A DNA stretch of 64,000 bases, taken from contig DASZAJ010000007.1 in assembly GCA_035945215.1 (NCBI GenBank), forward strand, positions 136,761 through 200,760, written 5' to 3'. Position 1 is the first letter of the stretch. Each line of letters starts with the position of its first letter. Position numbers and translations under genes: made by a program. The stretch comes from Thermoplasmata archaeon (GTDB taxonomy: Archaea; Thermoplasmatota; Thermoplasmata; Lutacidiplasmatales; UBA184). Shown here piece after piece: positions 9,422-16,374 of the stretch. A model generated the notes under the pieces. It searched no databases, was not told the DNA's origin, and worked only from the letters and a program-made list of their open reading frames with translations.

Positions 9422-9883
9422 ATGCCCGATCTCACGAATCAACGACGGATGGCGGCGATCCTGCTCAAGTGCGGCGAGGGCCGGGTCTGGATCGACCCTG
9501 CCAGCCAGGAGGAGATCGCCGATGCGGTCACCCGATCGGACATCCGCAGCGCGATCCGCGCCGGGGTGATCCGCGCGAAGGCGATCCAGGGCACCTCCCG
9601 GGGCCGCGCCCGCCTCCACGCGCTCGAGCTCGGGAAGGGCCGCCACCGCGGGGCCGGTTCCCGACGGGGGACTCCGAGGGCCCGGGTCCCGAAAAAGGAG
9701 CGCTGGATGTCCCGGATCCGGGCCCAGCGCGACCTCCTGGCGAAATTGCGGGACGAGAAGAAGCTCACCCGGGCGTTGTACCGCAAGTTCTACCGGCATG
9801 CGAAGGGCGGCATGTATCGCAGCCGGGCCCACCTCCTGCTCAACCTGAAGCTCGCCGGCGCGCTCCCCGAGGGCAAGCCATGA
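9422..9883 (+). CDS. rpl19e: 50S ribosomal protein L19e (eL19)
   Basis: MPDLTNQRRMAAILLKCGEGRVWIDPASQEEIADAVTRSDIRSAIRAGVIRAKAIQGTSRGRAR is L19e. Confidence 0.92.
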   Translation: MPDLTNQRRMAAILLKCGEGRVWIDPASQEEIADAVTRSDIRSAIRAGVIRAKAIQGTSRGRARLHALELGKGRHRGAGSRRGTPRARVPKKERWMSRIRAQRDLLAKLRDEKKLTRALYRKFYRHAKGGMYRSRAHLLLNLKLAGALPEGKP

Positions 9884-10407
9884 GCCTCGGTCCGCGCCAC
9901 AAGGTCGCCCCCCGCCGGCGGCGGGAAGGCCGCACGGACTACCGGACCCGCCTGAAGCTGCTGAAGTCCGGCCGCCCCCGGGCCGTCGTCCGGTTCTCGG
10001 AGCGCCGGGTGATCGTGGCCTTGACCGCCTATGATCCGAAGGGGGACCGGGTCATCGCGAGCGCGGAGAGCCGCGAGCTCACGCACATCGGTTTCCCCGC
10101 GGCGAGCCTGGCCTCGACGCCGGCGTCGTACCTCACGGGCTACCTGGCGGGACTGCGCGCCAAGTCGGCCGGCGCTCAGGAAGCCGTCCTCGACGTCGGG
10201 ATCCGACGCCCCTCGCAGGGCGGCCGGTTGCTCGGCGCCCTGCGCGGCTTGCTCGATGCCGGCGTCACGATCCCCCACGGGGAGGGCGCCTTCCCGTCCC
10301 CCGAGCGGCTGAACGGAAAGCATCTCAAAACGCCGCTCGATCGACCGCTCGAACTCTTCAAGCAGGCCCTCCCCGCCTACGTGGCCCGTCCGACGGGGGC
10401 GGCATGA
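9880..10407 (+). CDS. rpl18: 50S ribosomal protein L18 (uL18)
   Basis: An in-frame ATG overlaps the L19e stop. RRREGRTDYRTRLKLLKSGRPRAVVRFSERRVIVALTAYDPKGDRVIASAES is the L18/L5e family. Confidence 0.9.
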   Translation: MSLGPRHKVAPRRRREGRTDYRTRLKLLKSGRPRAVVRFSERRVIVALTAYDPKGDRVIASAESRELTHIGFPAASLASTPASYLTGYLAGLRAKSAGAQEAVLDVGIRRPSQGGRLLGALRGLLDAGVTIPHGEGAFPSPERLNGKHLKTPLDRPLELFKQALPAYVARPTGAA

Positions 10408-11294
10408 GCGCGGCGTCGGTCCCCCCGATGCCCGGTCCGGGGGGTCCCCGGATGGGCGGACCCGCCCCGGCGCCGCCGTGGGTGCCGAAGACGGAGCTCG
10501 GTCGGAAGGTCCACGCGGGCGAGATCGCCACCATGGCCGACGCGCTGCGCAGCGGCCTGCCGATGCGAGAGCCGGAGATCGTCGACAAGCTCATCCCGAT
10601 GCTGCACGACGAGGTGCTCGACGTCAACATGGTCCAGCGGATGACCGACTCGGGACGTCGGTTCAAGTTCGCCGTCACGGTCGTCGTCGGCAACGGCGAT
10701 GGCTACGTCGGCCTCGGCCGGGCGAAGGGCCGCGAGGTCGGTCCGACGATCCGCCGCGCGATCGACCGGGCGAAGCTCACGATCGTGGAGGTCTACCGGG
10801 GTTGCGGCAGCTGGGAGTGCGGATGCGGACGGCCGCATACCGTGCCGTTCCAGGCTCGGGGGCGATCGGGATCGGTCGTCGTGACGTTCAAGCCGGCCCC
10901 GCAGGGCGTCGGGCTCGCGGTCGGGGACGTGACCAAGCCGATCCTGCGATTCGCGGGCTTCACCGATGCCTGGGGGTATACGGATGGACACACCAAGACC
11001 ACCGTGAATTACGCCCAGGCCGCCTTCCGGGCGCTCAACGCCCTCTCCGAGCTCAAGCTCTCCCCGGAAGATCGCGAACGCCTGAAGATCATCCGGGGGG
11101 CCGTGGGCCGCTCGATCCTGCCGCCGAAGGAGGAGGGTCCGCCGGGCGGACCTCGCGGTGGCCGACGGGGGCCCGGCGGGCGCGGCGGTCCGCGACGCGG
11201 CGGCCCGGGGCGGGGTGGATCGACCCGGCCGGGAGGGCCGGGCGGGGCTCGGGGGCCCCCGAGGCCGGCCTCGCCGGGAGGGCCGAGGCGCTAG
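10404..11294 (+). CDS. rps5: 30S ribosomal protein S5 (uS5), with a Gly/Pro-rich N-terminal extension and a C-terminal RGG/GPGG repeat tail
   Basis: The core IVDKLIPMLHDEVLDVNMVQRMTDSGRRFKFAVTVVVGNGDGYVGLGRAKGREVGPTIRRAIDRAKL is S5. The tail is GPPGGPRGGRRGPGGRGGPRRGGPGRGGSTRPGGPGGARGPPRPASPGGPRR. Confidence 0.9.
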   Translation: MSAASVPPMPGPGGPRMGGPAPAPPWVPKTELGRKVHAGEIATMADALRSGLPMREPEIVDKLIPMLHDEVLDVNMVQRMTDSGRRFKFAVTVVVGNGDGYVGLGRAKGREVGPTIRRAIDRAKLTIVEVYRGCGSWECGCGRPHTVPFQARGRSGSVVVTFKPAPQGVGLAVGDVTKPILRFAGFTDAWGYTDGHTKTTVNYAQAAFRALNALSELKLSPEDRERLKIIRGAVGRSILPPKEEGPPGGPRGGRRGPGGRGGPRRGGPGRGGSTRPGGPGGARGPPRPASPGGPRR

Positions 11295-11296
11295 CT

Positions 11297-11752
11297 ATGG
11301 CGTGGATGATCATCCGGGTCCGCGGCACGATCCACGCGCGCCGCGACATCGTCGAAACGCTGGCGCGACTGCACCTGGTCCGGCCGAACCACGCGACGGT
11401 CGTCCCGGAGGCACCGTCGTTCAAGGGCATGATCACCAAGGTCCAGGGGTACGTGACCTGGGGGGAGGCGGACGCCGAGACGGTGGGTCTGCTCGTCAGG
11501 GAGCGGGGTCGTCCTCCGGCCGGCTCGTCGATCGCCCCGCCCGGACCCCCGGCACCCGCCCCGGCCGACGCAGCCCCGGTCGTCGAAACCGTGCTCGCCC
11601 ACGGCCTCGCTTCTGCGCCGGGACTCCGGCCGCTGTTCCGCCTGCGGGCCCCGAAGGGTGGCTGGCGGTCGACCAAGAAGCCGTTCGCCTCGGGGGGCGC
11701 GCTCGGCTACCGGGGCCGCGCGATCAACGATCTCGCCCGGAAGATGCTCTAG
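11297..11752 (+). CDS. rpl30: 50S ribosomal protein L30 (uL30), with a Pro/Ala-rich internal insertion
   Basis: MAWMIIRVRGTIHARRDIVETLARLHLVRPNHATVVPEAPSFKGMITKVQGYVTWGE is the L30/L7e fold. The insertion is PPAGSSIAPPGPPAPAPADAAP. Confidence 0.88.
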   Translation: MAWMIIRVRGTIHARRDIVETLARLHLVRPNHATVVPEAPSFKGMITKVQGYVTWGEADAETVGLLVRERGRPPAGSSIAPPGPPAPAPADAAPVVETVLAHGLASAPGLRPLFRLRAPKGGWRSTKKPFASGGALGYRGRAINDLARKML

Positions 11753-11766
11753 GGGGTAGCGAGTCG

Positions 11767-12195
11767 ATGCCGAGCCGTACTCGCAAGTTCCGCGGCCTTC
11801 GCACGCACGGCCGGGGGATCAAGGCCGGACGGGGCGCCGGCAAGCAGGGGGGCCGGGGGAACGCCGGCCTTCACAAGTACAAGTTCAAGTCGATGCTCAT
11901 CTACGCGCCGGACCACTTCGGCCGGCACGGCTTCAAGCGCCCCCCCGAAATCGTCGAGAACCCGATCTCGATCAACGTCGGTGAGCTCGAATCGATCGTG
12001 CCGGTCCTGCGGGCCGCGAAGGCGTTCGCCGAGAAGGACGGGACGGCCGAGGCCGACCTTCGGATGGTGGGGATCGACCGACTGTTGGGCGGCGGGGCCA
12101 CCGAACGGCCCTGGAAGGTGTACGTGGCGCACGCGTCCAAGCACGCCCGCGAGAAGGTCACCGTCCTCGAGCACTCCCCCGTCGGCCCGCCGTAG
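11767..12195 (+). CDS. rpl15: 50S ribosomal protein L15 (uL15)
   Basis: MPSRTRKFRGLRTHGRGIKAGRGAGKQGGRGNAGLHKYKFKSM is the L15 N-terminus. Confidence 0.92.
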   Translation: MPSRTRKFRGLRTHGRGIKAGRGAGKQGGRGNAGLHKYKFKSMLIYAPDHFGRHGFKRPPEIVENPISINVGELESIVPVLRAAKAFAEKDGTAEADLRMVGIDRLLGGGATERPWKVYVAHASKHAREKVTVLEHSPVGPP

Positions 12196-12231
12196 AGTAT
12201 ATTAGTCCCCACCGGGGTCGAATCGCGAGCG

Positions 12232-13995
12232 ATGGCCGAGGAGGAGATCCCCCGCAACTACAGCTGGGCCATCCCCCTGCTGATCATTGGGGCCACGATC
12301 CTGGGGCTCGACTGGGTCTGGGGCCACCCCACGGCGATCGGCTTCGGGATCACGGCGGCCGTGGTCACGGCGATCCTCGGCGTCTTCTTCCTGGGGCTCA
12401 GCTACGACGGGTCGAAATCGAAGCTCTACGGCCTCAAGCCGCTCACCGGGCGGATGCCCGCGGTGGCCCAGCCGAAGGGCCACGTCCAGTTCCGGACCAA
12501 GATGTTCTGGACCGTCGGGGTCCTGTTGATGTACTTCCTGCTCACGAACATCTACCTCTACGGGGTCGACCAGGCGAACGTCATCGACCTGTTCCAGAGC
12601 TACCGGGCCATCCTGGCGGGGGCTCAGGGGACGCTGATGCACTTGGGCATCGGGCCGATCGTCACCGGCTCGATCATCATGCAGCTGTTCACCGGGGCGA
12701 AGATCATCAACCTCGACCTCACGGACGACGAGGACAAGGGGATGTACCAGGGGACCCAGAAGGTCATGGTCGTCGCGATGATCTTCGTCGAGGCGATCCC
12801 CCAGGTCTACGGATACCTGTCGCCCTCGGCGGCCCTCGTCTCGGGCCTGGGCGCCTCCTCCCCGGGGAACGGGCTTCTGCTCGCCGACGCGATCATCATC
12901 GCCCAACTCGTCTTCGGGAGCTACCTCGTCTTCCTCATGGACGAGGTCGTCTCGAAGTGGGGGATCGGCAGCGGGATCTCCTTGTTCATCGCCGCCGGCG
13001 TCTCCCAGCAGATCGTCCAAGGCACGCTCAACTGGATCCCGAGCCAGCCAGGTCCGGTGAGCGCGGCGAACCCGCCCGCCGGCACCATCCCGAAGGCGTT
13101 CTGGTTCTTCACCCATTATAACGCCCAGCAGATGGCCGGCGGCGGCTGGGAACAGGTCCTGCTCCACTCCCCGAATCCGGTCGTCGCGCTTGCCGGGACG
13201 GCCCTCATCTTCTTCCTCGTCGCCTGGACCGAGTCGACGCGCATCGAGCTTCCGCTCTCCCACGCGGAGGCCCGGGGCGCCCGCGGCCGCTACCCCTTGC
13301 GGCTGATCTACGCGTCGAACATCCCGGTCATTCTCATGTCGGCGCTCCTCGCCAACGTCTCGATGTTCTCGATCCTCTTGTGGAACAACCCGGCGCTCTC
13401 GCATTTCCCCCTGTTCGGCCATCAGTGGTGGGTCGGCTCCTACGCGCCCACGGCGGCGTACGCGACCGCCCACGGCGTCAGCCAGACGACGCCGCTCACC
13501 GGCGGGGCGTACTATCTGTCCACGGTCAACGGTCTCGAGTCCTGGCTTCTGCCCCTGCTGAACGCCCAGACCTACGGCGGCTTCCTCGTCGGTCACTCCT
13601 GGTGGGAGGACCTCGCGCACGTGCTGATCTACTTCTCCGTGATGGTCGTCGGCTCGATCATGTTCGCCCGGTTCTGGATCCAGACGACGAACATGGGGCC
13701 CGAGGCGGTCGCCCGCCAGATCGAGGCGAGCGGGATGCAGATCCCCGGGTTCCGGCGCGAGCCGCGGGTCCTGCGCCGCGTCCTGGAGCGCTACATCCCG
13801 GTCATCACCATCATCTCCGGCGCCGCGGTCGGCGCCCTGGCGGCGGGGGCCGACCTGATCGGCACGGTCGGCAACGCGAGCGGGACCGGGGTGCTGCTCA
13901 CCGTCGGGATCATCATCAACCTGTACGAGGCGATGGGCCGCGAGCAGCTGATGGAGATGAACCCGCTATTGCGCCGCTTCCTCGGCGGCGAGTAG
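12232..13995 (+). CDS. secY: Preprotein translocase subunit SecY, with a ~60-aa N-terminal extension predicted to form two TM helices
   Basis: The canonical SecY N-terminus (SKSKLYGLKPLTGRMPAVAQPKGHVQFRTKMFWTVGVLLMYFLLTNIYLYGV) begins about 60 codons into the ORF. The upstream in-frame segment is hydrophobic (IPLLIIGATILGLDWVWGHPTAIGFGITAAVVTAILGVFFLGL). The ATG is 36 nt after the L15 stop. Confidence 0.9.
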   Translation: MAEEEIPRNYSWAIPLLIIGATILGLDWVWGHPTAIGFGITAAVVTAILGVFFLGLSYDGSKSKLYGLKPLTGRMPAVAQPKGHVQFRTKMFWTVGVLLMYFLLTNIYLYGVDQANVIDLFQSYRAILAGAQGTLMHLGIGPIVTGSIIMQLFTGAKIINLDLTDDEDKGMYQGTQKVMVVAMIFVEAIPQVYGYLSPSAALVSGLGASSPGNGLLLADAIIIAQLVFGSYLVFLMDEVVSKWGIGSGISLFIAAGVSQQIVQGTLNWIPSQPGPVSAANPPAGTIPKAFWFFTHYNAQQMAGGGWEQVLLHSPNPVVALAGTALIFFLVAWTESTRIELPLSHAEARGARGRYPLRLIYASNIPVILMSALLANVSMFSILLWNNPALSHFPLFGHQWWVGSYAPTAAYATAHGVSQTTPLTGGAYYLSTVNGLESWLLPLLNAQTYGGFLVGHSWWEDLAHVLIYFSVMVVGSIMFARFWIQTTNMGPEAVARQIEASGMQIPGFRREPRVLRRVLERYIPVITIISGAAVGALAAGADLIGTVGNASGTGVLLTVGIIINLYEAMGREQLMEMNPLLRRFLGGE

Positions 13996-13998
13996 GCG

Positions 13999-14778
13999 AT
14001 GGCCGAGTCGGCCCCCGCGGCGGAGGCGCCGCTCCCGTCGGCGACCCCGCCCTCCGAGGCCGGCGAAGCGGCGCCGCCGCCGTCGCCGCGGCCACCGCCC
14101 CCGCAGTTCAAGCTCTCGACGTTCGTCCTCACCTTCCTGTTCGTGATCGGGATCCTGATGATCTTCGACACCTCGACGCGCAACGGGGTCGCGACGGTCC
14201 TCGGCCTGGGACTGGCGCCCCTCATCGGCTTCGGCCACCAGTACGTCCTGCTGACGATGTTCTGCGCCGCGCTGATCGAGATGGCCCTCACCGCGCTCGC
14301 GTACAACTGGGCGACCGACTGGGTGAAGACCTCCCGGATCCAGAGCTGGTCGTCGGCGTTCCGCAAGGTCCAGATGGAGGCGCTGCGCTCGGGCAAGAAG
14401 GACCGAGTCGAGGCGCTCAAGCCCCATCAGGCCGAGATCACGCGGCTGTCGAGCGAGCTGTCGATCAGCCAGCTCAAGGGGATGGCCGTGACGTGGTTCC
14501 TGGTGATCGCGATCTACACCTGGGTCGGACTGTTCATCGCGGCGAGCGCCCTCCCGCAGAAGACCGTCGACCTGGGGGGGAGCCTGGTCAACATCGCGAC
14601 GAACGTCCACGTCGGCCCGTTCCCGATCCCGTTGTGGATCCTGCTGTTCTCATTGTACACCTTCCCGCTCTCCTACGTGCTGCGCCGGGCGCTCAAGCAC
14701 TACTCCCTGCGGCGCTACGAGCTCGCCCACCTCGCCGATCCGCCGTCGTCCCCCCCGCCGTCGAGCCCGACCGCGTGA
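13999..14778 (+). CDS. DUF106-family membrane protein (archaeal YidC/Oxa1/EMC3-like insertase homolog)
   Basis: A three-TM protein with a coiled-coil (FVLTFLFVIGILMIFD...MEALRSGKKDRVEALKPHQAEITRL...). It sits at the conserved position downstream of SecY (in other archaea after adk). It has a Pro/Ser/Ala-rich N-terminus. Confidence 0.75.
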   Translation: MAESAPAAEAPLPSATPPSEAGEAAPPPSPRPPPPQFKLSTFVLTFLFVIGILMIFDTSTRNGVATVLGLGLAPLIGFGHQYVLLTMFCAALIEMALTALAYNWATDWVKTSRIQSWSSAFRKVQMEALRSGKKDRVEALKPHQAEITRLSSELSISQLKGMAVTWFLVIAIYTWVGLFIAASALPQKTVDLGGSLVNIATNVHVGPFPIPLWILLFSLYTFPLSYVLRRALKHYSLRRYELAHLADPPSSPPPSSPTA

Positions 14779-15314
14779 CCGGGCGGGTCGTCGCGCTCGC
14801 GGGCCCCCCCGGGAGTGGAAAGTCCACCGCCGGGCGCTCCGTCGCCCAGACGCTGTCGCTCGAGTACGTGAGCGCGGGGGCGTTCTTTCGCGCCGAGGCG
14901 GCCGAGCGCGGATTGAGCCTGGCCGAGCTCTCCCGGCTGGCCGAAACCGAGGCGTCCGTGGACCGCCACCTCGATGCCCGGATGCTCGCGCTCGCCACCC
15001 CCGGACGGCTGCTCGACGGCCGGATCTGCGGGGCGTTGTGCCGGCAGCGCGGGATCCCGGTGGCCTATGTGTGGGTGACCGCGAGCGAGGCGGTCCGGGT
15101 GGCGCGCCTCGCCCAGCGCGACGGTCAGGCACCCGAAGCGTGCCGCGCGCTCACCCGAGCGCGCGAGGCGAGCGAGCGGCGCCGGTATCTCGCCTACTAC
15201 GGGATCGACCTCGACGCCCAGCAACCGGACCTGACGATCGACTCGACCCGCGAGAGCCCAGCCCAGGTGGCGTCGGCGATCGTCCGGTACCTGTCCGAGC
15301 GAGCGCCCCCATGA
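14775..15314 (+). CDS. cmk: Cytidylate kinase, archaeal type
   Basis: A GTG start overlaps the DUF106 stop. VTGRVVALAGPPGSGKSTAGRSVAQTLSLEYVSAGAFFR is a P-loop and the archaeal Cmk family. It holds the conserved slot. Confidence 0.82.
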   Translation: MTGRVVALAGPPGSGKSTAGRSVAQTLSLEYVSAGAFFRAEAAERGLSLAELSRLAETEASVDRHLDARMLALATPGRLLDGRICGALCRQRGIPVAYVWVTASEAVRVARLAQRDGQAPEACRALTRAREASERRRYLAYYGIDLDAQQPDLTIDSTRESPAQVASAIVRYLSERAPP

Positions 15315-16336
15315 ACGCCCCTACCCTTGCGCCGTTCCCGCCGGCGGTGGCCGACCGGATCCGCGAGGGCGCCTTTGTCCTCCTGGACAAGCCGCGCGGT
15401 CCGACCTCCCATCAGGTCACGGCCTGGGCGCGGGAGATCTTGGGGGTTCCGACGGCCGGGCACGCCGGGACGCTCGACCCGAACGTCTCCGGCCTCCTGT
15501 GGATCGGATTCGGGCCGGCGCTGAAGATCCTGCCGCTCCTGCTCGAGTTCCCGAAGCGCTACGTCGGCGTGGTCCGGTTGCATGGGCCCGTGGCGCCCCG
15601 GGACCTCGAGCGGGTCGTCGGGGAGTTCATCGGCCCGATCTTCCAGACGCCGCCGGTGCGATCGGCGGTCCGCCGGGCGCGGCGGGTGCGGACCATCCAT
15701 CGGCTCGCGGTCCTGGAACGCGACCAGGATACGGTCCTTATCGAGGTCGTCGGCGACTCGGGGACGTACGTCCGCACGCTCGCCGTCGATATCGGCGAGG
15801 CGTTGGGGGTCGATGCCCATCTCGAGGAACTGCGGCGGACCGGGACCGGACCGTTCGTCGAGGCCGGATCGGTCACCCTCCCGAAGCTCGCCGATGCCGT
15901 CCACGCGGCGCGGGCCGGCGCCCCGGAGCTCCTCCTGACGATGCTCCACCCGATCGAGGAGGTGACCCGGGAGTTCCCGAGCGTGATCGTCAAGGATTCG
16001 GCGGCTTCCGCGATCGCGCATGGCTCCGATCTGGCCGCCGGCGGCATCGTCTCGGCCCCGCGCCCGTTCGGGAAGGGCCGCCGGCTCGTGCTCCTGTCCC
16101 GCACAGGGGCCCTTTTGGCGACCGGGGTCGCCCTCGTCGACCGGGAGGAGATCACCCGACGGCGCGCCGGCTGGGTGGTCGATGCCGAAAGGGTATTCGT
16201 CACCCCCGCGAGCTACCCGCCGACATGGGGACGTCGCGGGCCGAAGCCGCGATCGACGGCGTCGGCCGGACCGCGAGACCCGGTCGATCCCGCCCGGGCC
16301 GCGGAGCGGGATCCCTCGGGAACCCGGGACCCCTAG
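15311..16336 (+). CDS. cbf5: H/ACA RNP pseudouridine synthase Cbf5 (TruB family)
   Basis: FVLLDKPRGPTSHQVTAWAREILGVPTAGHAGTLDPNVSGLLWIGFGPA is the TruB catalytic motif with the Asp, and there is a PUA-like C-terminus. The ATG overlaps the cmk stop. Confidence 0.92.
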   Translation: MNAPTLAPFPPAVADRIREGAFVLLDKPRGPTSHQVTAWAREILGVPTAGHAGTLDPNVSGLLWIGFGPALKILPLLLEFPKRYVGVVRLHGPVAPRDLERVVGEFIGPIFQTPPVRSAVRRARRVRTIHRLAVLERDQDTVLIEVVGDSGTYVRTLAVDIGEALGVDAHLEELRRTGTGPFVEAGSVTLPKLADAVHAARAGAPELLLTMLHPIEEVTREFPSVIVKDSAASAIAHGSDLAAGGIVSAPRPFGKGRRLVLLSRTGALLATGVALVDREEITRRRAGWVVDAERVFVTPASYPPTWGRRGPKPRSTASAGPRDPVDPARAAERDPSGTRDP

Positions 16337-16374
16337 CGACGGCCCCGTCCCCGCCGCGGTCTCCGCCCGGCCCG

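Noticed and set aside
16228-16374. An upstream ATG (MGTSRAE...) as the start of the MMPL transporter, as implied by the tool ORF beginning far upstream.
   Set aside because: It would overlap cbf5 by about 110 nt in another frame. The first in-frame start after the Cbf5 stop is the GTG at 16375, and that gives a typical MMPL N-terminus (ERLGHWLVRHPW...).
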